In this document: positions 40,044 to 53,115 of the stretch, one piece after another | Position numbering within the stretch: position 1 is the stretch's first letter | How the letters are laid out: the number at the start of each line of letters is the position of its first letter | Assembly: GCA_963665125.2 (NCBI GenBank) | Contig: CAXXUK010000001.1 | Coordinates: forward strand, 3,360,001 to 3,424,000 | Length of the DNA: 64,000 nucleotides | Reading direction: 5' to 3' | Source: an uncultured Desulfarculus sp. | Lineage (GTDB): Bacteria; Desulfobacterota; Desulfarculia; Desulfarculales; Desulfarculaceae | Made by a program: the position numbers and the translations under genes | The notes under the pieces: model-generated | The model's database searches: none | Told to the model about the DNA's origin: nothing | Seen by the model: only the letters and a program-made list of their open reading frames with translations

Positions 40044-40496
40044 ATGAAAAGCGTATCCAAGATAGTGTTTATGGTTCTTTTAGCGGCCGTATTCGCGGCC
40101 TGTGAAAGCGGAGGTGGCAGCGGCACCTCCCCAACGCCAACTCCCACACCAACCTCCTCCCCAACCCCCACGCCGACTCAGGTTGTCAACATGCTCGGCA
40201 CTTGGGCGGGCGCCTGGCGTTCGGCCAACGGACACGTCAGCGGCGGCATCAGGGCCACGGTCACCAGCCAAGACGGCAGGACCTTCAGCGGAATGGTGGA
40301 GGCCTACGGCTGGCCCATACCGGCACTGCCGTTCGTCGGCACCCTTGGCGGCGACCAGCCCCCGACCACGCTGAGCCTCACCACAACTTATACGAAGTAT
40401 TGGGGCGGCACCCTCAGCGACGCCAACAACATGGGCGGCTCATACGAGGCGTATGGCGGACTGAGCGGATATTGGCAGATGGTTCGGCAGGAATAA
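40044..40496 (+). CDS. Lipoprotein paralog 4 (minimal form)
   Basis: AAC lipobox; PTPT linker; MLGTWAG; GTLGGDQPPTT. Confidence 0.82.
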   Translation: MKSVSKIVFMVLLAAVFAACESGGGSGTSPTPTPTPTSSPTPTPTQVVNMLGTWAGAWRSANGHVSGGIRATVTSQDGRTFSGMVEAYGWPIPALPFVGTLGGDQPPTTLSLTTTYTKYWGGTLSDANNMGGSYEAYGGLSGYWQMVRQE

Positions 40497-40508
40497 AAGC
40501 GCCAACAA

Positions 40509-40558
40509 TTCAGCAAGCCGCCGCGGGAGCCCAGCTTTCGCGGCGGCTTCATGCTGAA
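40509..40558. terminator. Hairpin after paralog 4
   Basis: AAGCCGCCGCG / CGCGGCGGCTT. Confidence 0.6.
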
Positions 40559-40678
40559 CAACGACCCGTTTATGGATCTTTTTTGTTGTAATAGCTACAT
40601 AATATTTATAAAGTATGCCGTCTATAATCGCCTGCCCGCGATCATTGCGCATAACTATTTGTTTTTAATGGAGGTTTT

Positions 40679-41395
40679 ATGCGCCAGCTATATTTTGTCG
40701 CTGTTATTCTGATGACGGCATGCGTATTCTATCTTGCCGCAGGCTGTTCAAGTGGTGGCGGAAGCAACGATGCATCTGTCGAAATGCAACCAGACGGTAG
40801 CCTTATGTACTATTACCCGGACGGCAGAATCGTAAAAAAACCCTTTATCGGCACCCCGGTGGTCTTAGCCACGGCAGCACCCACCCCAACCATGTGGGGG
40901 CAGCCTTCCAACCCTGATGTTCCCGTTTCGACACCAACACCGGATCCTACGGACGAACCGACCACGGCACCGACCGCAACACCAACGGCGACCGCAACAC
41001 CGACGGCTACGGCCACACCAACGGCGACCCCCACTCCCACGCCGACCCCCACGGCCACCTCTTCGGCAAATACCACGGCAAATTGCCTGGCCGGCACCTG
41101 GACCGGCACCACCACCAGCGACTCCAGAAACCCCTCCGGCACGGTCACCTTTGTTTTCAGCAGGTCCGGCAGCACCGTCACGGCGCGGGTAACCAAAGTA
41201 GTCAGCGGTAAGACCACGACCACCACCATGCAGGTCCATTACGACAACAGCACCCCGCCCTCGCCAGTGAGCATCTGGAAAAGCGGCGGCGACAGCTATG
41301 CCATCACTCTCACTTCCTGCTCCGCCATGGGCACCGGCGACTATATCTTCTCCGACAGCGGCGACAGGGGCGTATTGAAGCTGAGCAAGCGGTAA
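40679..41395 (+). CDS. Lipoprotein paralog 5
   Basis: AAGC lipobox; TATP repeats; CLAGTWTG; STPPS. Confidence 0.85.
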   Translation: MRQLYFVAVILMTACVFYLAAGCSSGGGSNDASVEMQPDGSLMYYYPDGRIVKKPFIGTPVVLATAAPTPTMWGQPSNPDVPVSTPTPDPTDEPTTAPTATPTATATPTATATPTATPTPTPTPTATSSANTTANCLAGTWTGTTTSDSRNPSGTVTFVFSRSGSTVTARVTKVVSGKTTTTTMQVHYDNSTPPSPVSIWKSGGDSYAITLTSCSAMGTGDYIFSDSGDRGVLKLSKR

Positions 41396-41419
41396 CAGAC
41401 CGCCGATAAAACAAAAAAT

Positions 41420-41462
41420 CAACGCCGGGGTGTGTAGTAACTGCGCTCCGGCGTTGTTTTTT
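41420..41462. terminator. Terminator after paralog 5
   Basis: CAACGCCGG...CCGGCGTTG followed by T-run. Confidence 0.7.
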
Positions 41463-41659
41463 AACCGTTTCATTTTTATAGATAAATTTTATATAAGCTA
41501 TGTTCTGTTTATATACACGTAATCCCCGTACGTTTATAGGTGTTGTCTTCGGCTCCTGGAACTAATAGAAATCTTTAGGGGAAACGCATTACTCACCCAA
41601 CCTGCCCCACGTGAGTACTTGCCTGAAGACAAATCCAAACCCAAAAAGAGAATTTTGAT

Positions 41660-42430
41660 ATGCGGCGTATTATAGTCATACTGATAACGGCATTGTTCTT
41701 TGGCACATTGCTGGCCTGTGATAGCAGCAGTTGCTCCGATAGCGGCGGAGGAGTTTTCGACGACTATTGCCCGTCTGGTTATTATCCGTTGTGGAACGAA
41801 ACCACCCGTCTATTTGAATGCGTAAAAAAATGCCCGGCAGGCTATACGAACATGTATGATCCGAAAATCGACGAGTTCGGGTGTGTAAAGAACTGCCCCG
41901 ACGGCAATCCGCCTACTTATAATGAGGGCACGGGCAAGTGGGAATGCAACGGCAGCCCCACGTCAACGCCCACGGCCACCCCCACAGCGACACCGACCGG
42001 CACCGCCACATCATCGCCAACAGATTCACCAACCACAACTCCGACGGCTACAGCCACCAATGTGCCAACGGCAGCACCCACGGCAACCAGTGTGCCAACG
42101 GCAACATCCACCGGAGGAGCCGATTGCATCGCAGGCACCTGGAGCGGCACCTGGAAGAAGACGGCAAGCAGTGATACGGGTGGTCTCAATTTCATAATCA
42201 ACAAAAGCGGCAGTTCATATACCGCCACTGTTATTCAAAACATTGGCGGCGGCTCGGCTGTCACCGAAGACGGGGCCAGGGTGACTGTCACCGGAACTGG
42301 TTTCCCTTATCACTTTACCATTGAATACAGTGAAGGTGATTTCGGCGGCATGATGACGGACTGCAACAGAATCACCGGGACCTACTACAACAGAGTGGGC
42401 GGTTCTGGCACTTTCTCGGCCACCAAGTAA
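41660..42430 (+). CDS. Lipoprotein paralog 6
   Basis: LLAC lipobox; CSDSGG; CPxG repeats; CIAGTWSG. Confidence 0.88.
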   Translation: MRRIIVILITALFFGTLLACDSSSCSDSGGGVFDDYCPSGYYPLWNETTRLFECVKKCPAGYTNMYDPKIDEFGCVKNCPDGNPPTYNEGTGKWECNGSPTSTPTATPTATPTGTATSSPTDSPTTTPTATATNVPTAAPTATSVPTATSTGGADCIAGTWSGTWKKTASSDTGGLNFIINKSGSSYTATVIQNIGGGSAVTEDGARVTVTGTGFPYHFTIEYSEGDFGGMMTDCNRITGTYYNRVGGSGTFSATK

Positions 42431-42454
42431 AACCGTTATTCGGTTTACAAAAAT

Positions 42455-42491
42455 AAACGCCGGGGCGCCCCAAAGCGCCCCGGCGTTTTTT
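42455..42491. terminator. Bidirectional terminator between paralog 6 and dnaK
   Basis: AAACGCCGGGGCGC / GCGCCCCGGCGTTT flanked by A and T runs. Confidence 0.85.
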
Positions 42492-42516
42492 ATTGCCTAG
42501 CTATGTATAGTCTTGC

Positions 42517-44421
<1,905 letters not shown>

Positions 44422-44765
44422 TACGAGGTTCCTCCTCTTGATATTTAAACTCCGCCGGCTTTGCGGCGGGCTTTTTCCATGGGGCAAAGGCCGTATCGCA
44501 GCCTCTGTTTTGCAAGTTAAGACCGTGGTTCGGCAAGTCAAGTAAACAGGCGACATTTTTGGCGCTAAAACCGGTTTTTTACCCCGCCGCCGCATCCCGG
44601 CGGACCAAGCGCCAAAAAACCGTACTCAAAGCCCCCGGCCAGGCCGTATCATCAAAAGCAGGGGGCAAAAAATTCCAACTGCTGGTTTTTCCCTACGGGC
44701 GTGCTTATGTTTTGTTTGACGCCCGATTTGATAGGCCCATAAGCAAGCAAGGCTGGAGTGCAAAA

Positions 44766-45143
44766 GTGACACTGCGACAACTATTCGAAGGGCTGGAAAG
44801 TAGCGGCCCGTCCGGCAGCGGCTGGATTCCGCCGGTGGACATATACGAGACCCCAGAAGAGGTGGTCCTTGTAGTGGAAGCCGCGGGAGTGGATCCGGCC
44901 AGTTTCAAGGTCATCGTCGATGGAGACGTGGTACGCATATTCGGCAGCCGCAGAACCAACTCCGAAACGAGTACGGCGAGGTTTCACCGCATGGAGATTC
45001 ACACCGGAAGCTTCACGCGCTCCTTTCGCATCCGGGTGCCGTTTTCCGCCGACGGAGTGGTAGCGGGAACCAGTGACGGAATGCTTAGCGTACGCCTGCC
45101 CAAGGCGCAGTTGAGCCACACGATCATCGTTGACCGGGCCTGA
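44766..45143 (+). CDS. Small heat-shock protein (Hsp20)
   Basis: WIPPVDIYET; FHRMEI..GSFTRS; DGMLSVRLPK. Confidence 0.9.
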   Translation: MTLRQLFEGLESSGPSGSGWIPPVDIYETPEEVVLVVEAAGVDPASFKVIVDGDVVRIFGSRRTNSETSTARFHRMEIHTGSFTRSFRIRVPFSADGVVAGTSDGMLSVRLPKAQLSHTIIVDRA

Positions 45144-45160
45144 ATGGAGAGTTGATAGCT

Positions 45161-47587
<2,427 letters not shown>

Positions 47588-47608
47588 AAAGCGTATCAAC
47601 CCGAGACT

Positions 47609-47650
47609 GGGAGAGGCCTCTGGCTTGGCGGGCCTCTCCCGCCTTTTTTA
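47609..47650 (+). terminator. Intrinsic terminator after lon
   Basis: GGGAGAGGCC...GGCCTCTCCC followed by T-run. Confidence 0.75.
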
Positions 47651-47661
47651 TAGTATGCTAT

Positions 47662-47753
47662 TTTCTTGCACCTCGGCCCGGACGGAGCAAGTCCGATCCG
47701 GGGCTCACGGCGCATGGCTTCGCGCTGCGCCGGGCTGGCCGTCCATGGCCAGC
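47662..47753. repeat. Third, internally deleted copy of the multi-hairpin repeat
   Basis: Matches the 14349-14574 units; first hairpin truncated. Confidence 0.9.
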
Positions 47754-47889
47754 CTATCTATAAAGCAGGGGATTGCTAATTAGAAACGCCCGGTCGGAGC
47801 CACTGGTGTTTTCTCATGCACTGGGTGTTGCCAGCAATCTGGGTGCCCAAGCATCGAGCCCCGCGATTTGGGAGCGCAAACATTGCGTC

Positions 47890-48291
47890 ATGGCTAAAGG
47901 CGACCACATAAAAGTACGGCGGCACGGGCTGGTCTACGCCCACCACGGCGTGGACATGGGCGACGGCAGCGTCATCCACTTCACCGAGCCAAAGGAAGAC
48001 CGGCCTCCGGCCATCCGGCGCACGGCCATGGACGAGTTTCTGCGGGGCGGCAAGCTGCGCACGGTAAAGCACCGCAAGGCCCTGGCGCCTGATGAAATCT
48101 GTGAGCGGGCCCTTGAGGCCCTGGGCGGCGACGGCTACAACCTGGTCACCAACAACTGCGAGCATTTCGCCAACTGGTGCGTCACCGGCAAAAAGAAAAG
48201 CTTTCAGGTGCTCCGGGCGGCGGGCGCCGTGGCCGGGGCGGTAGCGGTGGCCGTGGTGGTCGCGGCGGGCCGGGGCAGGCGCAGGGCCTGA
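47890..48291 (+). CDS. LRAT-like (permuted NlpC/P60) protein
   Basis: KGDHI; YAHHGVDMGDGSVIHF; YNLVTNNCEHFANWC. Confidence 0.88.
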   Translation: MAKGDHIKVRRHGLVYAHHGVDMGDGSVIHFTEPKEDRPPAIRRTAMDEFLRGGKLRTVKHRKALAPDEICERALEALGGDGYNLVTNNCEHFANWCVTGKKKSFQVLRAAGAVAGAVAVAVVVAAGRGRRRA

Positions 48292-48455
48292 TTCGTGTTT
48301 CCAAACCCTTCCTTGGCCCGGTCGACAAATAAAACGACACGCCGTACCCGAACGCAAAAAAGACCGTTTATTGATTGGCGGCCCGGCCGGCAATCAATAA
48401 ACGGCGAAGTTTTTTGGAGGCTTGGGGGGGGTCAAAAAGCCCCCCAAGAATAAAA

Positions 48456-50381
48456 CTAAATCGTCCGGCCCACCTCGTCGGCCTCGGTCTGGGATTCCAA
48501 GATACTGCGGGGGCCCTTGGCGTCGCCGACCACCACCGGCTCGACGCCCCCGAACATGTCGGGCGGGAGCCTGCGGGAGCGCCGGTCCTCGGCAATGACG
48601 ATGTCGGTGAAGCCGCTGATCTCGTGGCGCTGGTCCACCACACGGAAGACCACGCCGCCTGCCGGGAACTCCTCTATGGTTACGTTTTTGTAGAGGGCGA
48701 CCTCGGGACGTTTGAGGCTTTCGCGCATGGACGAGCGGTCGTTGGCCGAGATATCGCTGGCAAAGTGGCCGTCGCGGTTGAGGATCACCACCCTTGCGCC
48801 CCGGTCGGCCAGGAATCCGGCCGTGGTCAGGGCCGCCGAATTGCCGCCGATGACAATGACGTCCTTGCCCGGCTGGGCCTCGCCTTCCAGTACATCAACG
48901 GCCATGTGCAGTTCCATGTCCGTATCGAACAGGCCCAGGATCTGGGGCACGTCGAGCTGGGAGCCGGTGGCCATGATCACCGCCTCGGGCTTGATCTCGG
49001 CCACCAGGGCCTCGTCGCACTCGGTGTTCAGGCGCAGGTCCACGCCAAGCCTGTCCAACTCCTTGGTGTAGAAGTCCACCATGTCGCCAAGCTCGGCCCG
49101 GCCCGGAGCCAGGCGGGCGGCATGCAGCAGGCCGCCTGTGTGGGGGGCTTCCTCGGCCACTGTGACCTTGTGGCCGCGCATGGCCGCCAGACGCGCCGCG
49201 GCCATGCCCGCCGGACCGGCGCCGACGACCAGCACCCGCTTGGGGCTGGCGACCTGCTTTAGCTCGCCAAGCATGTATTCGCGGCCCACGGCCGGGTTCA
49301 TCACGCAGGTGGCCTCGTCCTGTTGCAGGGCCCGGTCGATGCAGCCCAGGCAGCAGCCGATGCAGGGCCGGATGTCGTCTAAGCGGCCGCTTTGGGCCTT
49401 GGCGGCCAAATCAGGGTCGGCCAGATGGGCCCGGCCCATGGCCACCATGTCGGCCCGGCCCTCGGCGATGATCCGGTCGGCCATGCGCGGGTCCTTGATG
49501 CGGCCCACGGCGATGACCGGGATGCTGACCTCTTTTTTGACGGCCTCGGCCAAATGGGTGAAGATGCCGAACTCGGTGTACATCGAGGGGATGGTCACCG
49601 GGTTGGAGCCGTAGATGCCCGCCGATATATGCAGCCAGTCGGCGCCTTCGTCCTGGAGGATGGGGGCCAGGCGCAGCATCTCTTCCAGATGCCAGCCGTT
49701 TTCAATGTAGTCCTCTCCGTTGATGCGCACGCCCACCGGGTAGTCCGGGCCGACCTTTTCACGGATGTCCCGCAGCAACTGGAGCAGAAAGCGGGTGCGG
49801 TTTTCAAACGATCCGCCGTAATCGTCTTTGCGGATGTTGGACAGCGGCCCCAGGAATTCGGAGATCAGGTAGCCGTGGGCTCCGTGGATTTCCACGAAGT
49901 CCAGGCCCGCCCGCTTGCAGCGCCGGGCCGCATCTCCGTGGCAGCCAACCAGATCGAGGATCTCGGCCCGGGTCAGCTCACGGGGTATGCCCTTGACCAC
50001 GCCCAGGGACGGCAGGGGCGAGGGAGCCACCCGGCCCTGGTGAAAGGCCTGGCGTCCGCCGTGCAAAAGTTGCATGCCCAGGCGCGCGCCGTGGGCCGTT
50101 ACCTTTTCGGCCATCTTGGCCAGGGCCGGTATCCACTTGTCGTCCCACACCGGCGGCATCTTGGGCAGGTCCAGGCCGTTGGGGTGGATGGCCCCGCCGC
50201 CCACCACGATCATGCCCGTGCCTCCGGCCGCCCGGGCGGCAAGATAATCGGTCTTTTGGTCGGTGACATAGCCGTCTTCATCCACGCCGAAGTTGATGCT
50301 CATCGGCGGCATGACCAGTCTGTTTTTCACGGTCATTTTGCCCAGGGTTATCGGCGAAAAAAGATGCTTGAGTTCCGGCAT
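48456..50381 (-). CDS. NADH:flavin oxidoreductase (OYE / 2,4-dienoyl-CoA reductase-like)
   Basis: KNRLVMPPM; EIHGAHGYLI; YGGSFENRTRF; CIGCCLGC; VVGAGPAG. Confidence 0.93.
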   Translation of the reverse strand: MPELKHLFSPITLGKMTVKNRLVMPPMSINFGVDEDGYVTDQKTDYLAARAAGGTGMIVVGGGAIHPNGLDLPKMPPVWDDKWIPALAKMAEKVTAHGARLGMQLLHGGRQAFHQGRVAPSPLPSLGVVKGIPRELTRAEILDLVGCHGDAARRCKRAGLDFVEIHGAHGYLISEFLGPLSNIRKDDYGGSFENRTRFLLQLLRDIREKVGPDYPVGVRINGEDYIENGWHLEEMLRLAPILQDEGADWLHISAGIYGSNPVTIPSMYTEFGIFTHLAEAVKKEVSIPVIAVGRIKDPRMADRIIAEGRADMVAMGRAHLADPDLAAKAQSGRLDDIRPCIGCCLGCIDRALQQDEATCVMNPAVGREYMLGELKQVASPKRVLVVGAGPAGMAAARLAAMRGHKVTVAEEAPHTGGLLHAARLAPGRAELGDMVDFYTKELDRLGVDLRLNTECDEALVAEIKPEAVIMATGSQLDVPQILGLFDTDMELHMAVDVLEGEAQPGKDVIVIGGNSAALTTAGFLADRGARVVILNRDGHFASDISANDRSSMRESLKRPEVALYKNVTIEEFPAGGVVFRVVDQRHEISGFTDIVIAEDRRSRRLPPDMFGGVEPVVVGDAKGPRSILESQTEADEVGRTI

Positions 50382-50528
50382 TGCGAGGCCTCCGTTATGC
50401 TTAATCTGGTCAGACCAGTTTACATATAGCCAATTCCGCCCGCAACAGGGATTTATGCGCAAGGCCCAAAAAACCTCTTAATTGGGTTATTATGAAAATT
50501 AGCGAGGTAATTCCCACGGGAGTGAACC

Positions 50529-51374
50529 ATGAAAAAAGCCGTTATCTTCATTTTAATACTGATTCTGATAGCCATCGGAGCGGCCTACTGGGCTCAAAGG
50601 GTAGGCAAACCTGAGTTCGAGGCCATGGCCGACCAACTGTTCGAGGCGGTCGATACCCAGGCGGCCCAGACCATGTACTCCAAGGCGGACTTCGAACAGG
50701 TGCCCGAAGTGGCCGTGGAGTACCTGAAAAGAGCCCTGCCCGAGGTCGGCGTCAGGACCAGGGTGGTACGGATCACCGAAACCGGGCGCATCAAGATGGC
50801 CGAGGACAGCTCGTGGGATGATTTTTCGTCCCGCCAGATGAGCGGCGTGGACCCTCCCCGACTGGTCTGGGCAGCCGAGGCGGACTGGGCTCCGCTGATG
50901 CCGGTGATGACCCTGATGGCCTACACCGGAGAAAAGGGCTTTGTGCGTTCCTATTTTTGGGGCATGGTGGAGGGCTTTGCCAACGGGGGGCTGGTGATCA
51001 AGGCCTACCTGATGCAGCGCTGGCTGGGCGAGGCCGTGTGGTATCCCGACGCCCTGCTGCCCAGCGCCAGGCTGCGCTGGGAAAGGGCCGACACCAAGGT
51101 CAAGGGAGTAAAGGTGGCCAGGGTGATCCTGGAGGATGACGGCATCAAGGTCAGCGGCCAATTCTTTTTCGGCGGCGGCGGCGCGCCCATGTTTTTTTTG
51201 GGCGACCCGCTGCCCTTCGGCCATCTGGCGGGCCAGCGCTGGTATTGCCAGTATTCCGACTGGCGCAGGCAAGGCGACAGACAGATACCCTTTGAGTTGA
51301 TCCAGGGGGTGCGCGAGGGCATCAGCGACGACCGGCGCCTGGAGATCACGCTCCAGAGCATCGATTACCGCTGA
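50529..51374 (+). CDS. Membrane-anchored hypothetical protein (DUF6544-like)
   Basis: N-terminal TM; RWLGEAVWYPDALLP...LRWE motif. Confidence 0.65.
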   Translation: MKKAVIFILILILIAIGAAYWAQRVGKPEFEAMADQLFEAVDTQAAQTMYSKADFEQVPEVAVEYLKRALPEVGVRTRVVRITETGRIKMAEDSSWDDFSSRQMSGVDPPRLVWAAEADWAPLMPVMTLMAYTGEKGFVRSYFWGMVEGFANGGLVIKAYLMQRWLGEAVWYPDALLPSARLRWERADTKVKGVKVARVILEDDGIKVSGQFFFGGGGAPMFFLGDPLPFGHLAGQRWYCQYSDWRRQGDRQIPFELIQGVREGISDDRRLEITLQSIDYR

Positions 51375-51580
51375 ACCCATGCAAATACCAAGAAAATTCA
51401 GTCCAAGGCTGGCAAAGGAGCGAGGAGGACTTATCGTTAATTGAAGAGGGGGCATAATCCGCCGGATTGGGCCCAGCCGCGCCGGGACGGCTCCTGGAGG
51501 GATCGGCGGGCCACAGGCATCCGGTTATACAAGGAGATGCTCCAGTGTTTTCAGAACAACTAACCCCCAAGGGAAGGGCC

Positions 51581-52606
51581 GTGCGCACGGCTCAGCTCTA
51601 CGGGCCCGATGACTTCAACAGGGCCGACCAAAGCGACGACCAGCTCTTTTACGCCAAAGAGCGCATGGTCAGCCATTTGGACGCCACGGCTCGGCAGACC
51701 GTCCGGCGCATAATCCAGACCCTGATCACCGAAGACAACCCGGCCATCCTGGATCTGATGGCCTCGTGGGACAGCCACATCCCCGAAGCTCTGGGGCCTT
51801 CGGAGGTGGTCGGCCTGGGCCTGAACCAAGCCGAACTGGACGCCAACTCCTTATTGACCGGCCGGGTATATCACGACCTGAACAGGGACCCGGCGCTGCC
51901 GCTTGCGGACAAGCGCTTCGACGCGGTGCTCAACGTGGTCTCGGTGGACTATCTGACCCGGCCGGTGGAGGTCTTCAGGGAGGTGGCCCGGACCCTCAAG
52001 CCCGGCGGCCTTTTTCTGATCATCTTCAGCAACCGCTGGTTCGAGCCCAAGGTCACCAACATCTGGCGGCGGGCCTCGGAAAACGAACGCATCTGCCTGG
52101 TTCAGGAATGGCTTGAGTCGGCGGGCGGATTCACCGACTTCGAAACCTTCGCGTCCAAGGAACTGCCCCGGCCTGCCAACGACAAGTACGCCCATCTGGG
52201 CATCCCCTCTGACCCGGTCTACGCCATGTGGGCAGTGCGCAAGGGCGCCAGGGCCGACAAGCCCGTCCGGCCCTATCCATCGGCAGGTCATATCCAGGCC
52301 CCGGACCAGGCCGAGGTGGCCCGGCGCGCTGCACTGGTGGCCCGGACCAAGGAATGCCCCCACTGCGGCCAAAGGCTGGGGAAATGGGCCGTGCCCCAGA
52401 CGCCGTTCACCGAGTGGGACAATGAATACATGTATATTTGCTTCAACGACGACTGCCCTTACCTGCTGCGGGGCTTCGAGGCCATGAGCCGCCAGGGCAA
52501 CACGGGCAACAGCTACCGTTTGATGTACAACCCGGCCACCGGGTCCGTGGGCCCGGTCATGATCCAGAGCATGGATATGCTCAAAGACGGGATCATCGAC
52601 GACTGA
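51581..52606 (+). CDS. SAM methyltransferase fused to a C-terminal zinc-ribbon-like domain
   Basis: DDQLFY...HLD; ILDLMASWDSH; SVDYLTRP; FSNRWF; CPHC...CFNDDC. Confidence 0.82.
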   Translation: MRTAQLYGPDDFNRADQSDDQLFYAKERMVSHLDATARQTVRRIIQTLITEDNPAILDLMASWDSHIPEALGPSEVVGLGLNQAELDANSLLTGRVYHDLNRDPALPLADKRFDAVLNVVSVDYLTRPVEVFREVARTLKPGGLFLIIFSNRWFEPKVTNIWRRASENERICLVQEWLESAGGFTDFETFASKELPRPANDKYAHLGIPSDPVYAMWAVRKGARADKPVRPYPSAGHIQAPDQAEVARRAALVARTKECPHCGQRLGKWAVPQTPFTEWDNEYMYICFNDDCPYLLRGFEAMSRQGNTGNSYRLMYNPATGSVGPVMIQSMDMLKDGIIDD

Positions 52607-52729
52607 TGCACTGAAAATGAAATAACCGACAACCGGAGCGCTGCCCTTGGGCGGCGTTTCTTTTTGTGGGGAGCGGCAATAAAAAACCGCGGCTTGGTTA
52701 ACCCTTGCCGCGGTTGATTATTTGCTATG

Positions 52730-52821
<92 letters not shown>

Positions 52822-53115
52822 AGGTCGCGCGTGGCGCATCACCACGCTTGTGTACCCGAAAGGCGATTGCCTGTCAAGCCGCAGATGCATCCGCAGTGGA
52901 GATTGGCCGGGGTCATGGTATCCGGTGTGTATCCTGGAGCCTATAGGGTGTGGGATAGGTGTCCTAATTACCGGGGGTCGGTCTGCCAAGCGGGCCATGG
53001 ACGGCCCGCCAATTTGCGCGGTTTTGCAAAAACAAGCAAATTGAGATAGTTGGTAAAACGACGCTTTTACCAACTAGCCAGCGAAAAAGTCCAGGACGGA
53101 CTTTTTCGCTAAAAT

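Noticed and set aside
36833..42430. Diversity-generating retroelement or invertase shufflon behind the array
   Set aside because: No reverse transcriptase or recombinase nearby, no template/variable pair with adenine-specific differences, all genes in one orientation
36213..42500. Integron cassette array
   Set aside because: No attC-like sites or intI seen; spacers are long and hold promoter- and terminator-like elements
44738..44764. CIRCE/HrcA operator between dnaK and hsp20
   Set aside because: Only a right half-site-like GAGTGCAAA, which overlaps the likely RBS; the left arm does not match
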